A DNA stretch of 64,000 nt from a virus: positions 1 through 64,000 of the IMG/VR virus record IMGVR_UViG_3300037044_000228. One strand, given 5' to 3'. The notes under the pieces are model-generated. The model saw only the letters and a program-made list of their open reading frames with translations. It was not told the origin of the DNA and did not search any database. Positions 1-9,929 of the stretch are shown here, piece by piece (position 1 is the stretch's first letter; the number at the start of each line of letters is the position of its first letter). Made by a program: the position numbers and the translations under genes.

Positions 1-127
1 AACGAACGCACCGTCGAAACCGTCTGGCGACGGATCGGCGACCTGCTCCACGCCTTCAGTCCAGAGGAATGCGCAAACTACCTCGTCAACGCCGGATACG
101 CTTCAATCTGAGACAATCACGCTCTAG
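1..127 (+). mobile_element. 3' end of IS630-family transposase and right end of the IS (partial)
   Basis: Frame 1 reads NERTVETVWRRIGDLLHAFSPEECANYLVNAGYASI* (stop 109-111), a typical IS630 C-terminus. It is followed by a short end finishing in CTAG (124-127), consistent with a TA target. Confidence 0.75.
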
Positions 128-174
128 TCTCTAGCGCGAAGCTGCCTGAGTGGCTTGCCGCAGAAATACAACAA

Positions 175-1734
175 CTAGATCGGTTGGTTCGCGATCGGCG
201 CCGTCGTCGCCACCCCCGCAGCGGGAGTTGGCGGTTTCGCGGGGACGACCAGCCGATCACCTGCGAAAATGAGATTGCTGCCAGACAGAACCCTTCCGTC
301 CGTGAGCATCAGTTGGCGTGCGTCGAGGCACGACGCGTTGCGCTTGGCGATGTGCATCAGGCCTTCAGGCGTATCCATGAATACACGCCCGGCCACGTCG
401 AACAGGCGCTCGCCTTCCAGCACCTCCACGGTGAGTTCCTTTTCTGTGGGCATGAGGCGGCAGTAGCGAAGTTTGGCGACCTGTGTTGGCAGCATATCCT
501 GTAGCGGGCCCGCCATGATGGTCGATTGCGTGGGCGCGGGTGCGATGATCGTGGGCGCTGGCGGCGGCGGCGCGGGCATGGCGGCGGGCGAGACGACGGG
601 CGCGGGCGCAGGTGCGGCGATGATGCTTGGCGTCGGCGCGACGACCACCGGCGGCGGCGGTACGAGTGGCGCGGGTGGGGGCGTGACGATCTTGGCAGGC
701 GCCGTTTCGTTGGATGCCGTCTGGAAGGAAGGTCCTTCCGGCATGAGCCGCTGAATCTGCGGACCAGCCACAAGCAAACCCAGGCCCACAGCCACCGCAG
801 CGATCGGCCACAGCACAAGACCGCCGCCGGACTTCGCGCGAATGCGGCCGAAGCGCTCCCCGTGCAACTCGCGCAGGTCGCGGGGGTCGATCAGATCGGC
901 GACCACCGGGGCGCCTTCGCCGGAGCGCTGGAGCCCGGCGGCGGACAGCAGCGGCGAGAAGGGCAGCGCCAACCGTCCGACATGGCCCCAAAATTCGCGG
1001 TCGTTGCGGGACAGCGCCTCGGCGTAGATGCGGGCGAGGCCCTTGCGCGCCGTTCCTGCGTCCGAAAAGTCCACGAGCGCCGCACGAATGTCGCTGGGAT
1101 AGTCCATGGCCGCCAAAGCGGCGTACGCGGACCGGAACGCCGCTTCTCGACGGGTGGCGGCGAGCGCGGGCAGGGACTTGCCCCCCCGTTGGCCCTGGTC
1201 GGCGCGAACGTACGAAAACTGCGATCCAAGGCGACGCTGAGCTTCCTCAGAGGGCAGCACGGCTCCAGCGCCAATGGCGGGAGTGGCGACCGGGCCGCGG
1301 GCCTTCAACGCCCGCACCCTTCCAGCGACTGGCGCGAGCTTGCGGTCGAGCATTTCGGCGGCGTTTGAACCCCAGCCGCTCGGGGCGATGTCGCCCTCAA
1401 ATACATCAGTGACCTCGATCCCCGGGCCGTCGCGGAACACGGCCGGGATCAAGTCGCGCTCGAGGCCGGGATCGGTGCGGATGGAAACAGTTTGGCCGAA
1501 ATGCGCGCCGATGGCGGCTTCGGTAGCCACCCAATCAGAGCGCAGGGCATCCCGGGACCAGAGCGCCACAACCGCCGTACAGGCATCGATCTCGTCATAA
1601 AGGCGCGTGGGCCAATTCGGCGCGAATTGCAGGGGCCCGCGAGAGACAGAAAGCCCCGTACGCTCCAGAGCCTTGGAAATCCGCAGGGCGAGTTCGGCGT
1701 CCGAAGGCGCAAACGTCAGGAATACATCAGCCAT
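175..1734 (-). CDS. TIR-domain membrane protein with Pro-rich linker and C-terminal LysM-like domain
   Basis: N-terminal DVFLTFA...VVALWSRDALRSDWVATEA (TIR_2, catalytic Glu kept); TM segment LVLWPIAAVAVGLGLLVAG; C-terminal VLEGERLFDVA...NLIFAGDRLVVP. Confidence 0.75.
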   Translation of the reverse strand: MADVFLTFAPSDAELALRISKALERTGLSVSRGPLQFAPNWPTRLYDEIDACTAVVALWSRDALRSDWVATEAAIGAHFGQTVSIRTDPGLERDLIPAVFRDGPGIEVTDVFEGDIAPSGWGSNAAEMLDRKLAPVAGRVRALKARGPVATPAIGAGAVLPSEEAQRRLGSQFSYVRADQGQRGGKSLPALAATRREAAFRSAYAALAAMDYPSDIRAALVDFSDAGTARKGLARIYAEALSRNDREFWGHVGRLALPFSPLLSAAGLQRSGEGAPVVADLIDPRDLRELHGERFGRIRAKSGGGLVLWPIAAVAVGLGLLVAGPQIQRLMPEGPSFQTASNETAPAKIVTPPPAPLVPPPPVVVAPTPSIIAAPAPAPVVSPAAMPAPPPPAPTIIAPAPTQSTIMAGPLQDMLPTQVAKLRYCRLMPTEKELTVEVLEGERLFDVAGRVFMDTPEGLMHIAKRNASCLDARQLMLTDGRVLSGSNLIFAGDRLVVPAKPPTPAAGVATTAPIANQPI

Positions 1735-1879
1735 GGCGCTTGGTTAACAAAAACGGACGCGCGCGCAAACCTTCGGTTTGTTCATGGCGCCCTTCGGTTG
1801 GCGTTCGCCAGTAAGTGCGTCTTCGGCGCCGCAGCGAAAAACGTTCGCGGGGGCCGGAGAATCCAGATTGAACAAGGGG

Positions 1880-3685
1880 ATGGCTGCTGCACGACCCGCC
1901 CCGACGCTGGAGGTCCCTAGGGCATTTCTGGATGTCAGCCGGTCGCTGACTGGCAAGCTCTGGCGCACCCGGGAGGCGGACGAAAAGCTGGTCGCAGACC
2001 ACCGGCGCCAGTTCGGCCTGCCGGAGGTCGCCGCGCGGCTTCTTGCGGGGCGCGGCGTCGGCTCCGCTGAGGCCAAGTCCTTCCTCGAACCCACTCTGCG
2101 TGAGTTCTTTCCCGATCCCTCGTCTTTCATGGATATGGATATCGCCGCGCGGGTGATCGAGGACGCCATTGTCTCGGGACGTCCGACGGCAGTGTTTGCG
2201 GACTATGACGTCGACGGCGGCACATCGGCAGCGCAACTCGTGCGCTATTTCCGCTCCCGTGGTCGAAAGCTCACCATCTACGTCCCGGACCGAATGACCG
2301 AGGGTTACGGCCCTACCGCAGGCGCATTCGAGCGACTGAAAGCGCAGGGCATCGAACTGGTCATCACAGTGGATTGCGGCGCGGCGGCGCATGTGCCGCT
2401 GGAAGCCGCCGCCGCCATGGGGCTCGATCTCGTGGTCCTCGACCACCACCTCATGTCCGGACCGCCGCCGCCAGCGCTTGCGGTCGTCAATCCCAATCGC
2501 CCAGACTGCACGTCGGGCCAGGGTGATCTCACTGCCGCCGGCGTGGTCATGGTGACGCTCACAGCCGTTAATCGCGAAGCACGTCGTCGTGGATCGATCG
2601 GCTCCAACAATCTGCCGGATTTGCTGGCGAATCTCGACCTCGCGGCGCTGGGCACGGTCTGCGACGTGGCCCCGCTAACCCGGTTCAATCGTGCGATGGT
2701 CGCTCAGGGACTGCGTGTGCTCGCACGCGGCGAAAACATCGGCTTGAAGGCGCTCGCGGCGAGCGCTGGCAAGCGCGAAGTCGACTCGGTTTACGACATC
2801 GGGTTCATCCTCGGCCCGCGCTTGAACGCCGGAGGTCGCGTCGGCGACGCCTCACTTGCGACGCGCCTGCTGTCCACGGAAGATCCAGCAGAGGCTGCCG
2901 ATCTCGCCGCGCAGCTCGAGCACCTCAATACAGATCGCCGCGCCAAGGAGGCGCAAATGCTCCTCGCCGCGCAGGAGCAGGCTGAAGCGGAAGCGTTGAC
3001 GCGCGCCGTGGCGGTAGTCGGTGATCCGTCCTGGCATCCGGGCGTGATCGGCATCGCGGCAGGGCGTTTGAAGGACCGGATCATGAAGCCGGTCATCGTT
3101 CTGGGCGGCGGGGGCGAAGGGGAGCCGGCCAAGGGATCGGGGCGTTCCGTACCCGGCGTCAATCTGGGCCGCGCTGTGGCGGCGGCCGCCAAGGCCGGGA
3201 TCGCGCGCGCGGGCGGCGGACATGCGATGGCGGCGGGCCTTACCGTCGACTGGGATAGGGTGGACGACCTCCGCGCCTTCCTGTCCGAGAACCTGGGGGC
3301 CGAGCTTGCTGGCGCTGACGGCGAGGCGCGGGCGCTCTGGATCGACGCGACGGCGGCCATCGGCGCTGCAACTTCGGAACTCATGGCGGCGCTCGACCGG
3401 ATCGGGCCTTTTGGGGCCGGTCACCCGGAGCCGGTTTTCGCCATCCCTGAGGTGCGTGTGCAGTACGCCAGCTCGGTGAAAGGCGAACACGTCCGGTTCG
3501 TCCTGCAGGACGCGCGCGGGGACCGTATTCGCGGCATTTCGTTTCGATCGGCAAACACCCCCCTTGGCGAAGCGCTGCTTGCGCGGGAGGGCGCCTTTCA
3601 CGTTGCGGTGAAGCTCAAGCGCGACACTTACGGCGGCAGCGACAAGGTCGAAGCGGAACTACTGGACGCTGCCGCGCTTGGTTGA
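1880..3685 (+). CDS. recJ: single-stranded-DNA-specific exonuclease RecJ
   Basis: DHH-family motifs DYDVDG, ITVDCG, LDHH, LGTVCDV, PRLNAGGR, GGGHAMAAG. Confidence 0.97.
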   Translation: MAAARPAPTLEVPRAFLDVSRSLTGKLWRTREADEKLVADHRRQFGLPEVAARLLAGRGVGSAEAKSFLEPTLREFFPDPSSFMDMDIAARVIEDAIVSGRPTAVFADYDVDGGTSAAQLVRYFRSRGRKLTIYVPDRMTEGYGPTAGAFERLKAQGIELVITVDCGAAAHVPLEAAAAMGLDLVVLDHHLMSGPPPPALAVVNPNRPDCTSGQGDLTAAGVVMVTLTAVNREARRRGSIGSNNLPDLLANLDLAALGTVCDVAPLTRFNRAMVAQGLRVLARGENIGLKALAASAGKREVDSVYDIGFILGPRLNAGGRVGDASLATRLLSTEDPAEAADLAAQLEHLNTDRRAKEAQMLLAAQEQAEAEALTRAVAVVGDPSWHPGVIGIAAGRLKDRIMKPVIVLGGGGEGEPAKGSGRSVPGVNLGRAVAAAAKAGIARAGGGHAMAAGLTVDWDRVDDLRAFLSENLGAELAGADGEARALWIDATAAIGAATSELMAALDRIGPFGAGHPEPVFAIPEVRVQYASSVKGEHVRFVLQDARGDRIRGISFRSANTPLGEALLAREGAFHVAVKLKRDTYGGSDKVEAELLDAAALG

Positions 3686-3775
3686 ACCGGGCGCCTCCAG
3701 CGCGCTTGCCACCGGGAGCGGAGCCTATTATATCCCCCGGCTCGCGATCGGGCACGCCTTCGGGCCGTGTTCTAT

Positions 3776-3850
3776 GGGCCCTTCGTCTATCGGTTAGGAC
3801 GTCAGGTTTTCATCCTGAAAAGAGCGGTTCGACTCCGCTAGGGCCTGCCA
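3776..3850 (+). tRNA. tRNA-Glu (TTC), prophage integration target
   Basis: Cloverleaf: acceptor GGGCCCT/AGGGCCT, anticodon arm TCAGG-TTTTCAT-CCTGA, T loop GGTTCGACTCC, encoded CCA. Confidence 0.96.
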
Positions 3851-3918
3851 TTGTCCCCCATGGGGCAGCGGCGAACAGACCGGGCACGGATGCCCGCAGT
3901 CGTACACCCGGTCGTACA

Positions 3919-5127
3919 TCATCCTGACGCTCCCGCCTTGATCCGCGCCAGCATGGACGCCGCCATGGCGGGCGCCGACAGGTACTTCTTGAGGATGCGC
4001 TCGACGTCCTTCTCGGACCAGTCGACCATCTTCGCGACCTCGGCGTTGGAGAATTTTCCCGTGGCCGCGAGGAAGGTGACGAAGTTTCCCTTGCAGTCGT
4101 GAAGCGTGCGTTCGATCCCGAGCAAGGCGGTGATCTCATAGACATTGGCGCCGAGGGCGTCGGGCACATAGCGCGAGCCGCGCGCGCTCGTGATGATCCA
4201 TGGCGACGTGCGCCCCGTCGCTTCCCAGCGTCGCCGGTAAACGGCGGCGGCCGCTGGCAGGATCGGCAGCACTGTGATGTCGCTAGGCTTGTTGGCCGTG
4301 CGGGCGCGACGTGCGCCCTTGAGCGCGGTGTAGGCGATCGCGGGCCACTGCAGTTCGGTCCACTTGTGCGTCGAGAGATTCTCGCGCCGCATGCCGGTGT
4401 TCTGCGCCAGGATCACGGTGTCTCGCGCTGCAGCCAGCCGGATGATCTGCTCGCGCGCGCGCCGGCGCGCATGCTCGCTTTCCCAATTCGTCTCGCGGCT
4501 GATGCGCGCGATCTCTTCGCGGATATAGCCGAAGAACAAGGCGTTATGCTCTTCCTCCCAGATGAGGTCGCCGCGATCGCTGTGCGAAAGGCGCTCTATG
4601 CCGAGGCACGGATTGGCAGGCGCGTGCGCGTTCTTCATGGCCCACGACAACGCGGTGCGCGCGGTCTCGATGCGCTCGTCGGCGGCGCGCGGTCCATTGT
4701 TGGCGCCGATGGTGTCGCGCCAGCGGGTGAAGACGCGCTTCGTGGCCGGATACTTGAGCGCGGCGATGGGCAGCGACGCGAACAGCTTCTTGGACTTCGG
4801 ATCGACATCGCTCTTCATCAACGCGATGGCGCGCGAGCGATGCTTCTTCGTCGACTCGGCGCACTTTTTGAACGCGTGGCTGTCTTCGTAGAGATCAAAC
4901 AGGTGCGCGAGCATTGTCGTCTCGACGACGGGACCGCCGTGCGCATCGGCGTACTTGCGCGCAAGTTCCGGCGCGTCTGCGCGCTCGAGATCCTCAACTT
5001 CGGCGTCGCTGCGTCCCTTGTAGCTGCCGATCGCCGGGGCGCCTTTGCCCCGCCAGGCGGTCCAGCGCACATAGATCCAGCCCGACGGTTTCTCCCGGCG
5101 GGTGCGATGCGCTTTAGGAAGAACCAC
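3919..5127 (-). CDS. int: tyrosine recombinase / phage integrase
   Basis: TGMRR, HDCK (HxxR variant), W, and KKY catalytic Tyr; converges on the tRNA. GTG 5127 follows a GGGAGG RBS (alternative ATG 5160). Confidence 0.85.
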   Translation of the reverse strand: MVLPKAHRTRREKPSGWIYVRWTAWRGKGAPAIGSYKGRSDAEVEDLERADAPELARKYADAHGGPVVETTMLAHLFDLYEDSHAFKKCAESTKKHRSRAIALMKSDVDPKSKKLFASLPIAALKYPATKRVFTRWRDTIGANNGPRAADERIETARTALSWAMKNAHAPANPCLGIERLSHSDRGDLIWEEEHNALFFGYIREEIARISRETNWESEHARRRAREQIIRLAAARDTVILAQNTGMRRENLSTHKWTELQWPAIAYTALKGARRARTANKPSDITVLPILPAAAAVYRRRWEATGRTSPWIITSARGSRYVPDALGANVYEITALLGIERTLHDCKGNFVTFLAATGKFSNAEVAKMVDWSEKDVERILKKYLSAPAMAASMLARIKAGASG

Positions 5128-5359
5128 CGGCGCCCTCCCAGACTTCGAGCTCGTTGCCATCGTCGGTCCCCGTGAGCCCGCGAGCCAAACGGGATGCGAC
5201 CTCCGCGTCAACCACGAACACGCCGCCGCTTGGCGTGAAGAACACGCCGCCGACCGCCGAAACGCCAAGGGTTTCCGCGCGCTTCTTGAGCGCGGTGCAT
5301 TCGGCTTCGGAGACGTATCGGCGGCGACGTGTGCTCATCGTGTACGGTGTTCCAGTCAT
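5114..5359 (-). CDS. putative excisionase / recombination directionality factor
   Basis: Small ORF with basic N-terminus overlapping the integrase start; positional inference. Confidence 0.45.
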   Translation of the reverse strand: MTGTPYTMSTRRRRYVSEAECTALKKRAETLGVSAVGGVFFTPSGGVFVVDAEVASRLARGLTGTDDGNELEVWEGAGGSS

Positions 5360-5402
5360 GCCCGCCCCTTCCGGGATGAGCGATAAATGCCCTATGCGGC
5401 GG

Positions 5403-6140
5403 TCAGTTCGCCGCGCCGATCGGCGCGTCGCGCAGCGCCTTGATGGCGGTGAGCTTTTCGTGGAGCAGGCGGCTTGCCTCGGCCATCGCAGCGACGGACG
5501 GCGGATGGGGCGCGATGCCGGCGTGCTGCAAGTTCTCTCCGACAGCGGCGGCGAGGGCGCGCGCGGCGTCGGCGTCGACCTGCACCGCGTTCACGAACGC
5601 GCATTGCGCGATCATGCCGACGGCTTCACCGAAACCGAACTGCGTCGAAGGCATGCCCATGAGCGCACCGATGAGACGCGTGACGTTCGCGTCGACGGTG
5701 AGCATCTTTTGCCGCGCTTCTTTGCGCTGTTCGTCGGTCAGGTTTTCCAGATCCAGCACCAGCACGAAGTCTGTGCCGTGGGGATCGTGGTGCGCGAGCG
5801 CGGCGTCCAGATGCACGTCGATCCGCTGCGCCATGGCGGTGAGCGCGTACATGGCTTTTTCGCGGCCGTCGAAGTCGGTGCCGTGGCCCTTGTCTTTGCA
5901 GGTGCGCAGATAGCCATGCGTCTCGATCGCGAGGCGTCGCCACTCGGCGAGGCGCATAAGATCGAAGGCGCGCGGCCAGACCGGGACGCCGAGACGATCG
6001 ACCTGCGTTTGCAGATCGCGCGTGCGCTGCACCAGATCGGCGACGGCGTCGACGATTGCGCCCCATTGTTCGTCGGTCTCGGGACGCGAAATGTGCGGAT
6101 AGTCGGCGACGCGCGCGAGCAGTTCTGCGGTTGTGACCAT
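5403..6140 (-). CDS. hypothetical phage protein
   Basis: MVTTAELLAR start; translationally coupled in early-left operon. Confidence 0.6.
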   Translation of the reverse strand: MVTTAELLARVADYPHISRPETDEQWGAIVDAVADLVQRTRDLQTQVDRLGVPVWPRAFDLMRLAEWRRLAIETHGYLRTCKDKGHGTDFDGREKAMYALTAMAQRIDVHLDAALAHHDPHGTDFVLVLDLENLTDEQRKEARQKMLTVDANVTRLIGALMGMPSTQFGFGEAVGMIAQCAFVNAVQVDADAARALAAAVGENLQHAGIAPHPPSVAAMAEASRLLHEKLTAIKALRDAPIGAAN

Positions 6141-6430
6141 CACGCGTGCTCCGGCGCAGCGACGGCGTGCGCCGGCTCTTCGCGCGGCGGCGCGATGCCG
6201 ATGATGTCCCTCATCACCACGCCGGGGCGCATCGGCGGGGCTTCGTCCAGGATGGCGGTGACATAGACGCGCTTCTTGCCGTCGCCGCCTTTGCCTTCGA
6301 CATACACTTCGTCGCCGACGGCGACCGGGTCGCCGTTGTTGACGTAGCAGTAGCCGCCAGGCGCGCCGGGCTTGAACACGCAGTTGACGAATTGAGGCGT
6401 CTTCGGGGTGTCGGTTTGTTGGTCGGTCAT
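6140..6430 (-). CDS. hypothetical phage protein (small beta-rich)
   Basis: MTDQQTDTP start with AAGGA RBS; YCYVNNGDPVAVGDEVYV motif. Confidence 0.6.
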   Translation of the reverse strand: MTDQQTDTPKTPQFVNCVFKPGAPGGYCYVNNGDPVAVGDEVYVEGKGGDGKKRVYVTAILDEAPPMRPGVVMRDIIGIAPPREEPAHAVAAPEHA

Positions 6431-6453
6431 GGTGGTCTTCCTTGCTGTGGTGG

Positions 6454-6798
6454 CTACGTCCGGCGGGGTGTGCGTGGCTGCGCGGGCGGACGCCAACCGC
6501 GCAGAACGAGGGCTTCAATAATCGCGTCGACGATCACGCCGGCGAGCGCGCGGCGGGGGTCTTTGAACGCGGTGCGGTCGATACTTTCCGGATCCGTTTC
6601 TCGGCGATCGATCACGGCTTCCGCTTCTTCGATGAGCGCGTCGACTTCTCGCTGGCGGCGCTTCTCGGCGAACAGCTTGTCGACCGGGTGCACATCGTCG
6701 CGCGCCTTCTTGATCTGCGCGGCGAACGCGGAGAGCGCGTGCCCGAGCACGAAGAGAGCAAAGCCGATGAACACACATGCGACGATGAAGAGGTTCAT
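6454..6798 (-). CDS. hypothetical membrane-anchored protein
   Basis: N-terminal hydrophobic helix. Confidence 0.55.
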   Translation of the reverse strand: MNLFIVACVFIGFALFVLGHALSAFAAQIKKARDDVHPVDKLFAEKRRQREVDALIEEAEAVIDRRETDPESIDRTAFKDPRRALAGVIVDAIIEALVLRGWRPPAQPRTPRRT

Positions 6799-6801
6799 CC
6801 G

Positions 6802-7188
6802 TCAGCCGATCTTCTTCGGGTAGAAGTCCATTTCGTCCGCGATGCGCTTGGCATTCGCGAGCTTGAGCGCCGGCTGTACGTTTCCGTTGTCGAGAACCCA
6901 CTGGCGGACGGCCGTCGCGGCGGTCGGATCCTGCGGCGCAAGCACGAAGAACGGCGCGTTTGCCGGCAGGTTGAGACACCCGCTTTCAATCTCGTTCGCG
7001 AGGCGATGAAAGCCGCCTTGGCGCAGGTGGCCGATCGCAGCCTTGCGATGATGCTGCGCGAGGATCGCGTCGACTTCGGTCTGCGCCATTACTCCCTTGC
7101 TTGCGAAACGTTCGAGCATGCCGTCGGCGGGCGCGCGGTCGGCAGCGGTGGCAGCGTCGGCGGCGGTTTCTGCGTGAGTGTCGGTCAT
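6802..7188 (-). CDS. hypothetical phage protein
   Basis: PFFVLAPQDPTA motif seen in small phage proteins; GGGAG RBS. Confidence 0.55.
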   Translation of the reverse strand: MTDTHAETAADAATAADRAPADGMLERFASKGVMAQTEVDAILAQHHRKAAIGHLRQGGFHRLANEIESGCLNLPANAPFFVLAPQDPTAATAVRQWVLDNGNVQPALKLANAKRIADEMDFYPKKIG

Positions 7189-7403
7189 TGTGCTCTCCCA
7201 GGATCGGTCGGCGTTTCGGATTGGCGCACGATGGCGCCGGCTTCGTTCAAGGCGGCTTCGAGCATGTGCAGCGCCGCAGGCGATCGCTCGTGAAGGTCGG
7301 AGGCGAGCGCGCCCGCAAACGCGGCGAGCTCGTCTTCGGTGAGACCCGCCACGATGTCGGCGAGACCCGTGACGTCGATGGCGATGGCGCTGCGGTCGCT
7401 CAT
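7185..7403 (-). CDS. hypothetical protein
   Basis: MSDRSAIAID; overlapping start/stop with neighbours. Confidence 0.5.
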   Translation of the reverse strand: MSDRSAIAIDVTGLADIVAGLTEDELAAFAGALASDLHERSPAALHMLEAALNEAGAIVRQSETPTDPGRAQ

Positions 7404-7861
7404 GCGACACCCGCGCTGTTGAGGGCTTGCGGGGTCCACGCTTCGGGCGGCGTCCAGTACCACCAGCCTTGCATGCCCTTCGCGGGGATCGGCGCGAGCA
7501 GCGGATGGACCTCCGCCATCCGCCAGGCGAAGCGGTCGGGAGACCAGTTGCCGCAGATCGCGTCATTGTCGTCGACCGGCGCGCACGACGTCATCGGCGT
7601 GCTCGACTGCAGGAGCGCGGTCGCGACGACCGCGCCATAGGGCAGCGTCTTCGGGCAGTATTCTCCGAAGACGTTCACGCAGAGATGCGCAAGCCGCTCA
7701 TCGATGTCGGCGAGCGTGAACGGTCTGATGGTGGCGTGGATCGCGACGCGCTGTCCAACAATGTGCGGCGGCGCGCGAAAGCCGCGCGTTTCGTGCACTT
7801 TCACGCCGACGGCGATGAGGCTAGCCCACGGTTGCCAGAGGGAGATCGCGCGGATGGTCAT
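7400..7861 (-). CDS. ASCH-domain protein
   Basis: AISLWQPWASLIAVGVKVHETR...AIHA...GMQGWW signature. Confidence 0.85.
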   Translation of the reverse strand: MTIRAISLWQPWASLIAVGVKVHETRGFRAPPHIVGQRVAIHATIRPFTLADIDERLAHLCVNVFGEYCPKTLPYGAVVATALLQSSTPMTSCAPVDDNDAICGNWSPDRFAWRMAEVHPLLAPIPAKGMQGWWYWTPPEAWTPQALNSAGVA

Positions 7862-8928
7862 GCGGCGATCCTCGCGGGCGCGGCGGCGGGCTCGTCGTCG
7901 TGCAGCACGCCATCTAGCAGGCGACCGGCGGCTTTCTTGCCGACGCGGTACACGTCTGGCTCGTCTTCGGTGTGCGTTTCCATCGACACGCGTTCGGTCT
8001 GTCGGCCGTACTGCCATGCGTCTGCAAAATAGGTGGCGGTGTCGAGCGTGCCGCCGCGAACGCCAACCTCGCCCGGCGCCCATTCGCCGTACTGTTTGAA
8101 GTGAAACGGCACGCCGGCGGCGGCGCACTCATCGCGCAGATCGCGCGCCCAATCCGGGAGCATCGGGCGCGCGCCCTTGCCGGATTCCCCGCCGACGATC
8201 ACCCAATCGAGCGAAGCGATGCCGGGCCCGCCGTCGATCGGCCCAAGCAGGGGCTCTGCGGAGATGAAGCGCACGGCGGCGGGCGTTTCGTCGAGGTCGG
8301 GCTTGCGCTCGTCGTAGCGGGTCTGATCTTCGGTCGATACGCCGAGCCAGACATTCGGCGGCGGGGCGTTGCCCGCGAAGCACGCGGAGAAGTGGTCGAG
8401 TTTCACTCTGGCTTTAAACGAGCCAGCTTCGCGGGCGAGCATGTTGGAGACCTGCATCACCTTCTCGGCGATCATGCGCTTGCGGTGTTCGGTGCGCATG
8501 TAGTCACGCATCCGGCGCGACCGTTTCGTCAGCACCTTGAACGTGTGCTGCGGCGCCAGCGTCATGATCGCGAAGACGAGGTCGATGATGTCGTCCGGCA
8601 CGTCGTCATGGAAGAGATCGCTCATGGAATTGACGAAGATCCTGCGTGGACGCGTCCAGCGCAGCGGCGCGAGGAACGTCGATTGCGGCGCGATGCCGAT
8701 CTTGCCCGTCCACTCCGCGCCCGCGCGCGACGGCTGGGTGGTGTCGCGGTAGTGCGCGAGCGGCCCAGGATCGCCGGCGTTGGCCGTTTCGTGCGCGACG
8801 CTCATCGCGGCGAGGCGCGCGGCCATGCGCATCGCGTAGCAGATCTTGCAGCCCGGCGAGAGGATGGAGCAGCCGACGATCGGATTCCAGGTTCGGTCCG
8901 CCCATTCGATTTTCGTTTCACCCGCCAT
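7858..8928 (-). CDS. phage Gp37/Gp68 (DUF5131) family protein
   Basis: TKIEWADRTWNPIVGC...PGCKICYA, FVNSMSDLFH, LTKR, WVIVGGESG, FKQYG. Confidence 0.92.
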   Translation of the reverse strand: MAGETKIEWADRTWNPIVGCSILSPGCKICYAMRMAARLAAMSVAHETANAGDPGPLAHYRDTTQPSRAGAEWTGKIGIAPQSTFLAPLRWTRPRRIFVNSMSDLFHDDVPDDIIDLVFAIMTLAPQHTFKVLTKRSRRMRDYMRTEHRKRMIAEKVMQVSNMLAREAGSFKARVKLDHFSACFAGNAPPPNVWLGVSTEDQTRYDERKPDLDETPAAVRFISAEPLLGPIDGGPGIASLDWVIVGGESGKGARPMLPDWARDLRDECAAAGVPFHFKQYGEWAPGEVGVRGGTLDTATYFADAWQYGRQTERVSMETHTEDEPDVYRVGKKAAGRLLDGVLHDDEPAAAPARIAA

Positions 8929-9195
8929 CTATTCGCCCTCCAATTCGAGGGTAGCGGTTGTCGGCGTCGCGGGATCGCCAGCGACGAAGATCCACGGCGC
9001 GTCAGCGCAGGCGTCGATAACCAGTTCCGGCGCCACGTTGAATGTCAGCGCGGCTTCGGCGACCGTGGGCGAGCGGCCGAGCATGACGATCCACGTCTGC
9101 AGCGAAGCGGTGAAGTCGGACCAATAGGTGCCGACCGCGCCCGCGCGCTCTTCCTCTGTGGTGCCGAACATATTGGCAGTCCAAGGGCGGGCCAT
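8929..9195 (-). CDS. hypothetical phage protein
   Basis: TVAEAALTFNV...LELEGE; coupled to neighbours. Confidence 0.6.
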   Translation of the reverse strand: MARPWTANMFGTTEEERAGAVGTYWSDFTASLQTWIVMLGRSPTVAEAALTFNVAPELVIDACADAPWIFVAGDPATPTTATLELEGE

Positions 9196-9929
9196 CACGC
9201 CGCATCCGAGCCGTTGCGCTTGGCGACGGCGTCGCGCAGCGTTTGCGCGCGCTCGGCAATGGTCGTTTCCGGCGGAGGTGGCGGCGCAGGCGCGTCGTCG
9301 CGCAGGCGCGGATCGGGCTTGATGAAGATGGCGACGGGTCCGTCTTCGCTGTCGCCGGTATAGGCGAGCGTCCATTCCGGCGTCGGCGGCGTCGGGCGCC
9401 ACGCCCTGAACACGGCGGCGTAATCCTCAGAGGTTTCGGCCTTGTCGTAAGCCTGCCAGAGCGGGTCTTCCTCGTCGTCGACGAGCTCGACCGCCATCGC
9501 TGCGAAGCCCTGTTCCGAGGCGATGATGTTGTAGCTCGCGTCTTCGCAGGCATAGACGAACATGAGCGCGCTGATCGACCCGTCTTCGAGTTCGACGATC
9601 GTTTCCGGCGGCGGCAGGTCCGCATAGGTTAGCGGCCGGATCACGGCGGGACCGCGCGCTTCGATCGATGCGAGCGCGGCGTCGATCGCCAGCAGATCCT
9701 TCTCGAGCACCGTGCGACCGCCGGCCGGATTCTGCGGCGCATCACGCAGACCGACAGCGGCGATCACGATGGCGCCGAGATCTCGGACAAAGGATGAAAG
9801 CGCGAGCAGATCGGCGGATAGGCGCGCATTGGCGCGGCGCTGAAACGCGCCGTGCATCTGCAGCTGTGCGCTCGCGGCGGCGGTGCGGGTGATCGCTAGG
9901 CCCTTGTCGTCATACATGGCGATTCTCAT
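9195..9929 (-). CDS. hypothetical phage protein
   Basis: MRIAMYDDK with AGGAG RBS; C-terminal WTLAYTGDSEDGPVAIF motif. Confidence 0.6.
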   Translation of the reverse strand: MRIAMYDDKGLAITRTAAASAQLQMHGAFQRRANARLSADLLALSSFVRDLGAIVIAAVGLRDAPQNPAGGRTVLEKDLLAIDAALASIEARGPAVIRPLTYADLPPPETIVELEDGSISALMFVYACEDASYNIIASEQGFAAMAVELVDDEEDPLWQAYDKAETSEDYAAVFRAWRPTPPTPEWTLAYTGDSEDGPVAIFIKPDPRLRDDAPAPPPPPETTIAERAQTLRDAVAKRNGSDAA

